Assembly (NCBI GenBank): GCA_050953065.1
Contig: JBMNLZ010000001.1
Coordinates: forward strand, 128,001-192,000
DNA length: 64,000 bases
Direction: 5' to 3'
Origin: Bacilli bacterium
GTDB taxonomy: Bacteria > Bacillota_I > Bacilli_A > ML615J-28 > CAG-698
In this document: piece by piece, positions 1-10,692 of the stretch
Position numbering within the stretch: position 1 is the stretch's first letter
Layout of the letters: each line of letters starts with the position of its first letter
Notes under the pieces: generated by a model
What the model was told of the DNA's origin: nothing
The model's database searches: none
Seen by the model: the letters and a program-made list of their open reading frames with translations, nothing else
Made by a program: the position numbers and the translations under genes

Positions 1-1241
1 CAAAAGAAAACATAGAGGAATTAATAAAAATGGGGGTGCCTTTTGATGTTGATGAAAAGGGACAAATTCTTTTAACAAAAGAAGGGGGGCATTCCTCAAG
101 AAGAATTTTACATGCTGGTGGTGATGCAACAGGTAAAAATATAATGGATACGTTAAAAAATCACGTACTTTCAAGACAAAATATAGAGATCATTGAAAAT
201 TATATGGCTTATAATTTAATTTACAAGGATAATGTTTGTTGCGGAGCAAAAATCATTTCTAATGAAAATGATTATGGTTATATTTTTGCAGCAAAAACAG
301 TAATTGCAACTGGTGGAATTGGTGCAGTTTATAAAGATTCTACTAACTCACATGGAGCAACAGGTGATGGAATAGCAATGTCACATAGAGCAAATGTTCG
401 AATTAAAGATATGGAATTTGTTCAATTCCATCCTACGGTTTTTTATAATGTTAAAGAAACAACACCAGGTCAAAAATTTTTAATTAGTGAAGCTGTACGT
501 GGTGAAGGAGCTTACCTGGTTAACAGTGAAGGAATTCGCTTTATGGATAAATATCATGTAGATAAAGAATTAGCTCCTAGAGATATAGTATCTCAAAGTA
601 TATATAGAGAAATGTATGATACATGGAGTGAATGCGTTTATATTGATGCAAGACATCTAGATAAAGAATATTTGGAAAAAAGATTTCCTACAATTTATTC
701 AAAATGCTTAGTAAATGGTTTAGATATGAGTAAGGACTTAATTCCAGTTGCTCCTGTTGAACACTTTGGCATAGGTGGTATTGCTATTGATTTAGATGGT
801 AAAACTTCCATGGAAAATTTATATGCTAATGGTGAATGTGCAAGTTCAGGGGTTCATGGAGCTAATCGACTTGCCAGTAATTCTTTGTTAGAATGTATTG
901 TATTTGGAAAAAGAATCGCAAATAGTATCAATTCTAGCAAACTACATATAACTGAACTTGAAATTAAAGAACCTTTCATAAATACTAGTAATTTTAGCTA
1001 TCATAATGTTAGAACTGATGTTAGAAATTTAATGGATAAGTATGTAGGAGTTGTTAGAACTAAAGAAGGTCTTGAAATTGCGTTAAATATAATTAATAAA
1101 CATTATGAAAACATTATTAAACATCCTTTTTTAACTTATGATTATTTTAGAGCATTGAATGTAATTACTGTTGCTAAACTAATAACAGAAGCAGCCTTAA
1201 AAAGGGATCAATCTATGGGCTGTCATTATAGAGTAAACTAG
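1..1241 (+). CDS. nadB: L-aspartate oxidase (5'-truncated by the window edge)
   Basis: EGGHSSRRILH, DMEFVQFHPT, LISEAVRGEGA, ELAPRDIVS and GVHGANRLASNSLLEC motifs; frame is open back to the window start; directly upstream of nadC. Confidence 0.95.
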   Translation, partial: KENIEELIKMGVPFDVDEKGQILLTKEGGHSSRRILHAGGDATGKNIMDTLKNHVLSRQNIEIIENYMAYNLIYKDNVCCGAKIISNENDYGYIFAAKTVIATGGIGAVYKDSTNSHGATGDGIAMSHRANVRIKDMEFVQFHPTVFYNVKETTPGQKFLISEAVRGEGAYLVNSEGIRFMDKYHVDKELAPRDIVSQSIYREMYDTWSECVYIDARHLDKEYLEKRFPTIYSKCLVNGLDMSKDLIPVAPVEHFGIGGIAIDLDGKTSMENLYANGECASSGVHGANRLASNSLLECIVFGKRIANSINSSKLHITELEIKEPFINTSNFSYHNVRTDVRNLMDKYVGVVRTKEGLEIALNIINKHYENIIKHPFLTYDYFRALNVITVAKLITEAALKRDQSMGCHYRVN

Positions 1242-1249
1242 GAGGAAAA

Positions 1250-2083
1250 ATGAACGAAATTATAATTGAAAGAAAAATAGAAGAGAGTATAATTGAAGAT
1301 ATTAATAGTTATGATATTACTACTGACAATATTTTTGATGATAGCTATATTAGTAAGGCATTTTTTCTTGCTAAAGAAGCTGGGGTAATTTCAGGTATTA
1401 ATATTGTTAGAATGGTCTTTTCTATTATAGATAAAAACGTTAAGTTTTGTGCGTTTGTTCATGATGGAGATAAAGTACCAGAAGGCACACTTATTTCAAC
1501 TGTAGAAGGCCCTACTAAATCAATCTTAAAAGGAGAACGAGTAGCATTAAATTTTATTCAACGCATGAGTGGAATTGCTTCCTTAACTTCAATGTATGTT
1601 GATGAAGTGAGTGAATATGATGCTTTAATAGTTGATACTAGGAAAACTACTCCTTTAAATAGAGTTTTTGAAAAACAAGCTGTTAGAGATGGTGGTGGTT
1701 TAAATCACAGGTTTAACTTAAGCGATGGTGTAATGTTGAAAGACAATCATATAAAAGCGATTGGTTCAATTAAGGATGCTGTAAGAAAAGTAAAATCAAA
1801 AGTAGGTTTAATGGTAAAAATTGAGGTTGAAGTTGACAATATTGAAGATTTCAAAGAAGCTCTTGATACTGAAGTTGATATTATTATGTTAGATAATATG
1901 TCAACAGAGGATATGAGAGAGTGTGTTGTATTAAATAACAAGAAAAAAATATTAGAGGCTAGTGGTAACATGACTTTGAGTAGAGTGAAAGAAGTAGCAG
2001 CAACTGGAGTTGATTATATCTCTGTAGGGGCTTTAACTCATTCATTTAAATCATTGGATATTAGTTTAAAATTTGAAAAATAG
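1250..2083 (+). CDS. nadC: Nicotinate-nucleotide pyrophosphorylase (carboxylating)
   Basis: DTRKTTP, HRFNLSD, LKDNH, IMLDNM and EASGN motifs; GGAGG RBS. Confidence 0.96.
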   Translation: MNEIIIERKIEESIIEDINSYDITTDNIFDDSYISKAFFLAKEAGVISGINIVRMVFSIIDKNVKFCAFVHDGDKVPEGTLISTVEGPTKSILKGERVALNFIQRMSGIASLTSMYVDEVSEYDALIVDTRKTTPLNRVFEKQAVRDGGGLNHRFNLSDGVMLKDNHIKAIGSIKDAVRKVKSKVGLMVKIEVEVDNIEDFKEALDTEVDIIMLDNMSTEDMRECVVLNNKKKILEASGNMTLSRVKEVAATGVDYISVGALTHSFKSLDISLKFEK

Positions 2084-2092
2084 AGGTGTAAA

Positions 2093-2605
2093 ATGAATTT
2101 AAAAAATTATATCAAAGATATTCCAGATTTTCCAGAAAAAGGTATTTTATTTAGAGATATTACTCCATTATTACAAAGTCCAGAAGCATTACAATATACT
2201 TGCGATGTTTTAGCGGATTATGCTAAAGATAAAGGCGCAGATGTCATAGTAGGTCCAGAATCTAGAGGTTTTATTTTTGGAACACCTGTTGCTTGTAGAA
2301 TAGGTAAAGGTTTCATTCCAGTAAGAAAACCTAATAAACTTCCAAGAGAAACAATAGGTGTTGAATATGATCTTGAATATGGTTCAAACTACCTTTATAT
2401 GCATAAAGATGCAATTACAAAAGGCCAAAAAGTAGTTATAATAGATGACTTGCTTGCTACAGGTGGAACTATTTCTGCAGTAATAGAATTAGTTGAAAAA
2501 TTAGGTGGAATTGTTGTTGGAATAGCGTTTGTTATCGAATTAAAAGATTTAAACGGATATGAAAGATTAAAAAAATATAATGTGTTTTCATTAATCGAAT
2601 ATTAA
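2093..2605 (+). CDS. apt: Adenine phosphoribosyltransferase
   Basis: [18 protein letters not shown] and PRPP loop [11 protein letters not shown]; apt-rel-dtd synteny. Confidence 0.97.
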   Translation: MNLKNYIKDIPDFPEKGILFRDITPLLQSPEALQYTCDVLADYAKDKGADVIVGPESRGFIFGTPVACRIGKGFIPVRKPNKLPRETIGVEYDLEYGSNYLYMHKDAITKGQKVVIIDDLLATGGTISAVIELVEKLGGIVVGIAFVIELKDLNGYERLKKYNVFSLIEY

Positions 2606-2629
2606 ATGTTATAAAAAGGAGGTTAATAT

Positions 2630-4813
2630 ATGTATTGTCATGTAAATATTGAAAATGTCTTGGCAGAAGCTGAAAAGTACTTAAAACAAGAGAAAAATCT
2701 TGCTTTAATTAAGGAAGCTTATGAGTTTGCAAACCTTAAACATCAAGGTCAATTTCGCATGTCAAATGATCCATATATTCAACATCCTTTAGAAGTTGCT
2801 TTTATGTTGGCTTCATTAAGAACAGGACCAGCAACAATTGTAGCGGGTATTTTACATGATATATTAGAAGATACTGATACAACTAAAGAAGAGTTAGAGG
2901 CAAAATTTGGTTCTGATGTAGCTAATATAGTTGACGGTGTTACAAAAATAGGCCGCTTAAAATATATGACCGAAGCTAAAGTACTAGCTAAAAACCATCA
3001 AAAAATACTTTTAGCTATGGCTAAGGATATAAGGGTTGTAATAGTAAAATTAGTTGATAGAATCCACAATATGAGAACATTAGAATTTCTCCCAGTTGAG
3101 AATCAAAAAAGAATCGCTCAAGAGACTCTTGATTTGTATGCTCCTTTAGCTCATAGAATAGGTATGTATAGAATAAAAGCTGAATTAGAAGATTTAAGTT
3201 TTAAATATTTAAATTATGAAAAATATAAAGAAATTTCAGATTTTATTTTAGAACAAAGAAGTTCTAGAGAAGAAGATTTAAATAAAATGAAAGAACGAAT
3301 AGCTGAAATTTTAAATGATAATGCTATTGGAAAATATGAGTTAAAAGGTCGAGTTAAAAATATTTATAGCGTTTATAAAAAAATGACTCAAAAAAATTTA
3401 ATTTTCGAACAAATATATGATTTGGTTGCGTTAAGAATTATTGTAAAAACTATTGAAGATTGTTATCAAGTATTAGGATTAATTCACGGTGAGTTTTCAC
3501 CACTTCCAGGAAGATTTAAAGATTATATTGCTATGCCTAAGCCAAATCTTTATCAATCTTTACATACAACAATTGTGGGATATTCTGGGAAAATGTATGA
3601 AATTCAAATCAGAACTAAAGAAATGGATGAAGTGGCTGAACTAGGAGTTGCTGCACATTGGGCCTATAAAGAAGAAGCTTCCTTTAACCACGAAAAAGAA
3701 CAAACTGAAATTAGTAACAAGTTAAAGTGGTATAGAGATTTAATGACATATATAGAAATGGGTGAAGGCGCAGACGAAGATCCGTTTGAAAATGTAAGAG
3801 AAGATATCTTTAGTGCAAACGTTTATGTTTTTACACCAAAAGGTGATGTATTTGACTTCCCAACAGGTGCAACTCCGTTAGATTTTGCTTATCGTATTCA
3901 TACAGAGATTGGTAATAAAACAACTGGAGCGATTGTAAACGGAAAAATTGTTCCTTTAACATATAAATTAAAAACTGGTGATGTTGTAGAAATAAAAACA
4001 TCTAAAAATTTTGATGGTCCTAATGAGTCATGGATTAAAATTGTAAAAACTTCACATGCAAAACATAAAATTAATTCTATATTAAATAAAAAGAAAAAAG
4101 ATAATTTAATTTTAAAAGGAAAAGAAGAATTTACTACACATGCAAAAAATGAAAATTATCCTCTAAGTAAATTGGATGATAAGGCTGTATATGATCAATT
4201 TTCAAAATATAATATAACCAATGTTGACGATTTCTTTTTTGAAATTGGAAAAGGAGTATTGTCCGCTAAAGGAGCACTTACTAAATTGATGGGTGGTCCT
4301 GAAAAAATTGATGATGCTGCTTTAATTAAACAATACGAAGAAACATCTGTTAAAAGAAAGAAATTCAATGAATTTGGTATTATTATTGAAGGAATTGACA
4401 AAGCTCCTATTAGATTAGGCAATTGTTGTCATCCTGTGAAGGGTGATAATATAGTTGGTTACATTGCCAAAACTGCAGGAGTTGTAATACACAGAATGGA
4501 ATGTTCAAATGTTAGTAATTTGGATAATGAAAGATTTATTGAAGTAATTTGGGATGATGAATTTACTAAGAAAAACTTTGAAACTGTCTTATATATTATT
4601 TCCTATGATAGAAAGAATATAGTTGCTGAAATTATAAACGTAATTAATAGTTGTACCGTTAATATAGTTTCAATGTCATCAAGCAAAAATAAAGAAGGTG
4701 ATTTACTTACAAAGGTTAAAATCTTAGTGCATGATTTAGAAGGTGTTCAGAATGTGATTTCCAACTTACAAAAGATTCCTGATGTTTTTAGTATTGAAAG
4801 AAAAATAAAGTAG
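2630..4813 (+). CDS. relA: Bifunctional (p)ppGpp synthetase/hydrolase
   Basis: HD domain LHDILEDT; synthetase motifs RFKDYIAMPKPNLYQSLHT and EIQIRT; TGS, CC and ACT domains. Confidence 0.97.
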   Translation: MYCHVNIENVLAEAEKYLKQEKNLALIKEAYEFANLKHQGQFRMSNDPYIQHPLEVAFMLASLRTGPATIVAGILHDILEDTDTTKEELEAKFGSDVANIVDGVTKIGRLKYMTEAKVLAKNHQKILLAMAKDIRVVIVKLVDRIHNMRTLEFLPVENQKRIAQETLDLYAPLAHRIGMYRIKAELEDLSFKYLNYEKYKEISDFILEQRSSREEDLNKMKERIAEILNDNAIGKYELKGRVKNIYSVYKKMTQKNLIFEQIYDLVALRIIVKTIEDCYQVLGLIHGEFSPLPGRFKDYIAMPKPNLYQSLHTTIVGYSGKMYEIQIRTKEMDEVAELGVAAHWAYKEEASFNHEKEQTEISNKLKWYRDLMTYIEMGEGADEDPFENVREDIFSANVYVFTPKGDVFDFPTGATPLDFAYRIHTEIGNKTTGAIVNGKIVPLTYKLKTGDVVEIKTSKNFDGPNESWIKIVKTSHAKHKINSILNKKKKDNLILKGKEEFTTHAKNENYPLSKLDDKAVYDQFSKYNITNVDDFFFEIGKGVLSAKGALTKLMGGPEKIDDAALIKQYEETSVKRKKFNEFGIIIEGIDKAPIRLGNCCHPVKGDNIVGYIAKTAGVVIHRMECSNVSNLDNERFIEVIWDDEFTKKNFETVLYIISYDRKNIVAEIINVINSCTVNIVSMSSSKNKEGDLLTKVKILVHDLEGVQNVISNLQKIPDVFSIERKIK

Positions 4814-4821
4814 GTGAAAAA

Positions 4822-5268
4822 ATGCGAGTTATATTACAAAGAGTATCTCGAGCATCTGTTAAAGTAGATGATAAAATTGTTGGTTCTATAAAAAACGGTT
4901 TATTATTGTTAGTAGGTGTAACAAAGGATGATGATTATTCAGATGCTGAATATATGGTAAAAAAAATTCTTAATCTACGAATTTTTACAGATGAAAATGA
5001 TAAGATGAATAAATCATTGTTAGATAATAATTTTGAAATATTAAGTATTTCTCAATTTACTTTGTTTGCGAATACTAGCAAAGGAAATCGTCCAAGTTTC
5101 ACTGATGCTGCTCCTCCTGAACACGCCAAAGAAATATATGAATTCTTTAATCAAAAAATTAAAAATATGAAAATAAGAATCGAGACTGGAATCTTTGCAG
5201 CATCTATGCAAGTTGAATTAATAAATGATGGTCCAGTAACGATATTGTTAGATTCAAAAAATAGATAG
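4822..5268 (+). CDS. dtd: D-aminoacyl-tRNA deacylase
   Basis: MRVILQRV, SQFTL and NDGPVT motifs. Confidence 0.97.
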   Translation: MRVILQRVSRASVKVDDKIVGSIKNGLLLLVGVTKDDDYSDAEYMVKKILNLRIFTDENDKMNKSLLDNNFEILSISQFTLFANTSKGNRPSFTDAAPPEHAKEIYEFFNQKIKNMKIRIETGIFAASMQVELINDGPVTILLDSKNR

Positions 5269-5276
5269 TTTTAAAA

Positions 5277-5334
5277 CAGCACTTATTTATTAAGATACAA
5301 TTATAATTGTTCTTAAACAAAAGTGCTGATTTTT
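5277..5334 (+). terminator. Long imperfect hairpin followed by a T-tract; probable terminator after dtd
   Basis: Outer stem CAGCACTT/AAGTGCTG, inner stem TAAGATACAATT/AATTGTTCTTA, then ATTTTT. Confidence 0.65.
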
Positions 5335-5488
5335 ATTATTATATCTAAATATTAACAATTTGAAAGTTTTTATTTCTAAAAAACAACATTTAGAAAAAAT
5401 ATATTCGTTAATTAAAATTTAACTTAACAATTTATGAAAAATGTAGTATAATAAAGAAGTATATGAGAAAGGAGTATCTCACTTTCTA

Positions 5489-8482
5489 GTGGGTATAATT
5501 GTTATGAATTTAAGAGGTAAATATAATAGTTTGTTAGCACAAAGAAAAAACTTTGAATCTCCAAATGAAATCATTGAATTTAGAAACTTATGTAAAACTC
5601 AGCAAAATCAAGAATATATGTATCTCGCAGATATTCTTTTAGCTGACTATTATATAGATAAAAATAATTTAGAAGATGCTTTAAAAATAATTATTAAAAG
5701 TATAGAAAACATAGACTTTTCTATTTTTAATGCTGTATATGTAGCCCTTTTAGAAAGAGCTATCTATATACATATACAAAACAGAAATTTTAGAAGTGCT
5801 TATAGATACGCAGTAAAAAAACGTAATCAAATTAATTCTAACAAGGTTGAAGAATTAAATAGATGGAACCTTGAAATAGCATATATTTATGCTGAGCTTG
5901 ATAGAAAAGAAAAAGCTTTAGAAAAACTAGAGGAAATACTTAATACTTCTCCAGAAAAAGACTTAAAATCTTTAGTGCTTAGTAATATGACAAAATTGTA
6001 TATTGATCTTGGCAAGATTGAAAAAGCTAAAACAACTTTAGATGAATGTACTATATTAGCAAATAATCTTGAAGACAAAGAGGCATTAATGTATTGCAAT
6101 TACCTTAATGCGAAAATATATGCAAATGAAGGTAACGTGAGATTTGCCAAGAAAATTTACGTTGATATTTTTAATAATATAAAAAAATTAACTGATCATT
6201 ATTTACCAATAGCTAATGAATATTTAGAATTACTTATAGAAAATAATGACTTTAGAGAAGCAAATGAATTTTTGAAAGATTATAAAGATGAATTTGAAAA
6301 AACAAATGATTTATTCGTAAAAAAAGATTATTATAAAAATGTTTTGAGACTATCAATTAAAAGAAATTCTGATTTAAAGAACGAACTTTCGGAAACACTG
6401 AAAAAAATTGAAACAATTGAGAAAGAAATCGCTGAAACCAAAGAGTTTAATTTAGATTCAAATCTACAAGATGAAAAAAATGAAGAAGTAAGTATTAAAC
6501 TTCAAGAAATAATTAATAAAGTTGAAAAAACCATAAATCTTATCGGAATATCAATATTAAATGATGGTGAAAGAGATATTTTATTAGAATTTTCAGTTAG
6601 ACTTGAAGAAATATTAAAATTCGATGAAGCATTATATGTCTTTTTTAGCCGAGCAAATTATGAAGTTTTTCCTGAGTTTACTGATTTTATAAATTCTGTA
6701 AATACTTTTCAATATAAAAAAGAAAGATTATATGAAAGAAGAGTTGCTTATAGCAGTTTAAATAATAGTATAGTTGAAATGATGATGACATCTCCTCAAG
6801 AAATAACTATTGATTTTAATGATACTTCTTTAGGTATAAAAGATATATTTAATGATAAAAAATATAGCGAAAATGGTATAAGATATTTAGTTGCTTTACC
6901 GCTAAAACAAGATAACGATATGTTTGCTATGTGCATTTTTACAGCTAAAAACATTGATTTAACTGCTTCTGAAAACGTGGTTTTATTAAAAATTGCCACT
7001 AAGTTAATTGAATTTAAATTAGTAACTACATTCTATCAAGAAAGTTTAAGATCTCAAAAAAACATTTTAGAAGTATCACTAGATGGTTTGCAAGAAGGAC
7101 TGTACTATTATCATCCTCAAACTAATCAAATTTCTTTAACGGATCAATTTGCAAGATTTACTGGTATTAACAAAGCAATATGTGATAAAGCTAAATATCT
7201 TGAATTAATGAATAAAGATGACTTAAAGAGATATTTAAAAGTTGTAAATGAAGCTGTTTCAACGATTAAACCTTACAAAATAAGATATAGTTTAAATGCA
7301 ACTGGGCAAGTTGTTTTGGTTAGCGAACAAGGAACTCCTTATATTACTAAACAAGGTGCTTTGAGATGTTATATATGTTCAATTAATAAAGTTACTGATG
7401 ATGAACAAATTATTACAAAGAAAATTATGCCTTTAGAAGATGAGTTCAATATTGCTGAAATTAATGCTAAAGCTAAAAAGTTAGAATATAAATATTCGCT
7501 GTTAAGATTTAAAATTAAAAACTTGGATATGTATACTGACAATTTATTACTTAAAAATAAAGTAATTGAAAACACTTTTGAAAATATTAAATTAGTATTT
7601 GAAAACTTACCTTATTTATTTGATGATGAAACTTTTGTATTAATTTTAGAAAATAATATAGATAAAGAAAAAATTCAAAAGAAAATTGATAATTTCTTTT
7701 CTATAATTGAACCAGGCTTTGTTTATTGTGGTGTTAATATAAAAGTAGAAGTTACTTGTAGTATAACTAGATACCCAAAAGATGCAGTTGGAACAAAAGA
7801 AATGCTTGAGTTTTCTTTAATGGGGTTGAATGAAAAAGTAGATTATCAATTTTTTGATGATGAAATTTTCAAAAACTATATAAAAAAAGAAACTATTAAC
7901 AATTGTATAGTAGCTGAATCGGATTTCGGATTACTATTTGTAGAAATTGCTAAATCTGATAATAAAAAAATGTATGAACTTAGAGGCAATATAAGTGGAA
8001 TTAAACCTGGTGAAAATATATTTGATGATATTAAACCAGAAAATAGACTTAAATATGAACAGATAATTTTTAATAAAATTTCTACTTTAAATACAAAAGG
8101 ATTTACTTTTGCTTTGAATACATCAACTTCTACGATTCATCAAACTGTAAAATTTGTAGAAAAAGACAAATCTAATATTTTTAAAAATGGAATTGTTATT
8201 TTTAGTGATTGTGATAAAAGTGTATTTTCAGAAATCAAGAAACTGAAAGATTGTGGAATTAAAATTTATATTAATTTCTCTGCTTTCAAAAAATGCCCTT
8301 TTGAATCTTTAGCAACATCATTTTTTGATGGTATCAAAATGGATGTGAAACCTACTGAAGATGAGATTAAATTTTTAGAAACTTTAAAACTTGATGTTTT
8401 AACATTAGATCAAGAAGATATTAAGAAAAACTTTTATTATACTAAAAAAATATATGATTCTTTAGATTTAATCGAGGACTAG
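5489..8482 (+). CDS. TPR + GAF/PAS + degenerate GGDEF/EAL-like signalling protein (start may be ATG at 5504)
   Basis: N-terminal TPR-like helices; GAF-like segment YLVALPLKQDNDMFAMCIF; PAS-like segment; GGDEF-like fold with FDDETF in place of GGDEF; eroded EAL-like tail. Confidence 0.6.
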   Translation: MGIIVMNLRGKYNSLLAQRKNFESPNEIIEFRNLCKTQQNQEYMYLADILLADYYIDKNNLEDALKIIIKSIENIDFSIFNAVYVALLERAIYIHIQNRNFRSAYRYAVKKRNQINSNKVEELNRWNLEIAYIYAELDRKEKALEKLEEILNTSPEKDLKSLVLSNMTKLYIDLGKIEKAKTTLDECTILANNLEDKEALMYCNYLNAKIYANEGNVRFAKKIYVDIFNNIKKLTDHYLPIANEYLELLIENNDFREANEFLKDYKDEFEKTNDLFVKKDYYKNVLRLSIKRNSDLKNELSETLKKIETIEKEIAETKEFNLDSNLQDEKNEEVSIKLQEIINKVEKTINLIGISILNDGERDILLEFSVRLEEILKFDEALYVFFSRANYEVFPEFTDFINSVNTFQYKKERLYERRVAYSSLNNSIVEMMMTSPQEITIDFNDTSLGIKDIFNDKKYSENGIRYLVALPLKQDNDMFAMCIFTAKNIDLTASENVVLLKIATKLIEFKLVTTFYQESLRSQKNILEVSLDGLQEGLYYYHPQTNQISLTDQFARFTGINKAICDKAKYLELMNKDDLKRYLKVVNEAVSTIKPYKIRYSLNATGQVVLVSEQGTPYITKQGALRCYICSINKVTDDEQIITKKIMPLEDEFNIAEINAKAKKLEYKYSLLRFKIKNLDMYTDNLLLKNKVIENTFENIKLVFENLPYLFDDETFVLILENNIDKEKIQKKIDNFFSIIEPGFVYCGVNIKVEVTCSITRYPKDAVGTKEMLEFSLMGLNEKVDYQFFDDEIFKNYIKKETINNCIVAESDFGLLFVEIAKSDNKKMYELRGNISGIKPGENIFDDIKPENRLKYEQIIFNKISTLNTKGFTFALNTSTSTIHQTVKFVEKDKSNIFKNGIVIFSDCDKSVFSEIKKLKDCGIKIYINFSAFKKCPFESLATSFFDGIKMDVKPTEDEIKFLETLKLDVLTLDQEDIKKNFYYTKKIYDSLDLIED

Positions 8483-8483
8483 A

Positions 8484-9614
8484 ATGGATTTCTTAGATAT
8501 CAACTATGAATATGTTGAAAAATTACTAAAAAAAATTGAAGTTCGTTCTTTTGCGTATATAATTTTTAAAAATACTTTTTCTGAAACAATGTTTAAAGCT
8601 AGTTGTAACACTATTAAAAACTCTAATTTAATTTTAGATGCTTATCAAAAAAATATTGATTCAAGTACAGGAAAAGGTGAAAAACTACTTTTGATTTTTG
8701 GAGTTCTTCAAAGTTTATTTACATCGATTGATGCTTTGTATAATTTAGGAAGATCATTATTAATTGATAAATTAATGATAAATATAAACCAAAATGAGGA
8801 ATTACGTGAAATTAAATATATAAGAAATGACGTTGTAGGACACCCTACCTATAGATATTATGATGACAAGCAAGTAGGTTTTTGTATTTTACATGAAGAT
8901 GATATATTTGATGAAAATTTCCATTATTCTGTTTATACGTTTCCAAAAAATACAATGAAAATTGAAAAACATAATGTTGATTTATATAAAATAATAGAGA
9001 ATTATAAGACAGAAAGTATCAATATCATTAAACAAACAACTAATTTTTTAGAATTAATGGAATCAGCTCCTGACACTACATTATTAGTAAAAATTTATAA
9101 GCTTACTGATGAATATAGTAAAGGTATTAAAAAAATTGATTTGTTAAATGAAATAAAAGAAGACTTTTGCACCCTTCTAGGTGTTGAAGCAGATTCAAAT
9201 AATAGATTTTTATGGCGAATCAGGCTGATTTCTATGCTTTTTGAACAAGAGAATAATAAATATATTGATTTTTTGATATTTGCTGAATTGAAAAAATTAT
9301 ATTCATTAGCTTATAAATTAACTTTAAGATTAAATCCAAAAATTAAATATAAATTTATTCATTACAAAATTCCAAAAGATTTTATAATGCTATCTAACTT
9401 ACTTGTTAAAAATAAAAGAATCGATTTGAACATTTTAAAAGATAGTCACCACCCTTTATTTTCAAGCATGTATAGCACTGTGATTACAGAATACCAAAAT
9501 AACGAAAAATTAGCGCCTTTAATACAGTGGATTAAGGAAAATTTAGATGCTAACAATCATGATATGCTGTATTTAATTGGCTCACAATTAAAAAAATATA
9601 AGAATAATAAGTAG
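8484..9614 (+). CDS. Hypothetical protein with a HEPN-like RNxxxxH motif
   Basis: 376-aa helical ORF starting 1 nt after the upstream stop; contains IRNDVVGHP. Confidence 0.55.
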   Translation: MDFLDINYEYVEKLLKKIEVRSFAYIIFKNTFSETMFKASCNTIKNSNLILDAYQKNIDSSTGKGEKLLLIFGVLQSLFTSIDALYNLGRSLLIDKLMININQNEELREIKYIRNDVVGHPTYRYYDDKQVGFCILHEDDIFDENFHYSVYTFPKNTMKIEKHNVDLYKIIENYKTESINIIKQTTNFLELMESAPDTTLLVKIYKLTDEYSKGIKKIDLLNEIKEDFCTLLGVEADSNNRFLWRIRLISMLFEQENNKYIDFLIFAELKKLYSLAYKLTLRLNPKIKYKFIHYKIPKDFIMLSNLLVKNKRIDLNILKDSHHPLFSSMYSTVITEYQNNEKLAPLIQWIKENLDANNHDMLYLIGSQLKKYKNNK

Positions 9615-9621
9615 GACAATT

Positions 9622-10599
9622 ATGAAAATTTTAAAATTTTTAAAAATATTCGTTTCGCCTTTAAGAATGGCACGATATAGAAATATGAGTTTGCTAATCA
9701 GTATCAGTTTGTGGTTGTTTTTAGCTGGCAATATTATTTCTATTCCATCTGTTGTATATTATAAAAATCACATATATGAAACTGTTGAAAAAAATCAAAA
9801 TGATACTTTATTAGATTTTGATGTATTATCAAGTATCCCTGAAGAAGATACTACATTTCAAACTTTCTTTACAGAATGGAATTGTTCAGTAAATAATAAT
9901 ATTTTTTCATGCAATAATTACATTGAACACCCTATGACTGTAATTAGTTTTAGTAAACCTAATTCAAATGATGAGTTAATAAATTATAATATCAAATTAA
10001 TTATAGATATATTACCAGAAAGCGAAGAAGTAGATGTTAGATTTCCTGTATCAGATGCTTTTGTAGATTTACCTGAAACTGATCAAAACTATCTTTTTGT
10101 TTTTTATGAGACTAGTTTTTTGTATAAAATTCCAAAAAGCAGTTCAGTCGGAGCTGTAAAAAGTAATACAAGATTTGAAGTCCCATATTCAAAAGCTAAT
10201 GGCGATGGAGCTTTTTCAATAACTGGATTTGGTGAGAATTCTCATAGTGCAGGAATATATTTAACCAGAAGATTATCAGAAACTGTTTTCTATGAATTGT
10301 TAAAATTGAACTTAACTTTAATGGGTTTTATTGTTTGTTTCTTTTGGCCATTATTACTAACATTAATTTTATGGATTTTATTTAAAAAATCTGGAAAACT
10401 TGAAACATACAAAGAATTTTACAATATAGCAACTTTAAGTTCTATAGTTCCTATATTATTAGTTTTTACAATAACATGGTTTTATCCTGGAGCATTAGAT
10501 TACTTTATTCCTATATATTCTTTCTACACAATGTTTGTAATATATAAAATTAATAACTCATCTACAGCAACAAATGATGATATGTTAATCTCACCATAA
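9622..10599 (+). CDS. Membrane protein (DUF1189-like topology)
   Basis: One N-terminal TM helix, a soluble loop, and about 3 C-terminal TM helices. Confidence 0.6.
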   Translation: MKILKFLKIFVSPLRMARYRNMSLLISISLWLFLAGNIISIPSVVYYKNHIYETVEKNQNDTLLDFDVLSSIPEEDTTFQTFFTEWNCSVNNNIFSCNNYIEHPMTVISFSKPNSNDELINYNIKLIIDILPESEEVDVRFPVSDAFVDLPETDQNYLFVFYETSFLYKIPKSSSVGAVKSNTRFEVPYSKANGDGAFSITGFGENSHSAGIYLTRRLSETVFYELLKLNLTLMGFIVCFFWPLLLTLILWILFKKSGKLETYKEFYNIATLSSIVPILLVFTITWFYPGALDYFIPIYSFYTMFVIYKINNSSTATNDDMLISP

Positions 10600-10613
10600 G
10601 GTGAGATTTTTTT
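10587..10613 (+). terminator. Intrinsic terminator
   Basis: AATCTCACC-ATAA-GGTGAGATT plus T-tract. Confidence 0.8.
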
Positions 10614-10637
10614 ATAAAAATGAGAAAACCCTTTTTC

Positions 10638-10666
10638 TTGATTTAAAACGAAATTTAGTATATAAT
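10638..10666 (+). promoter_or_regulatory. SigA-type promoter for the nusB operon
   Basis: TTGATT-N17-TATAAT. Confidence 0.7.
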
Positions 10667-10692
10667 AAAAAAAGTAAATATGAGGTATCTAT

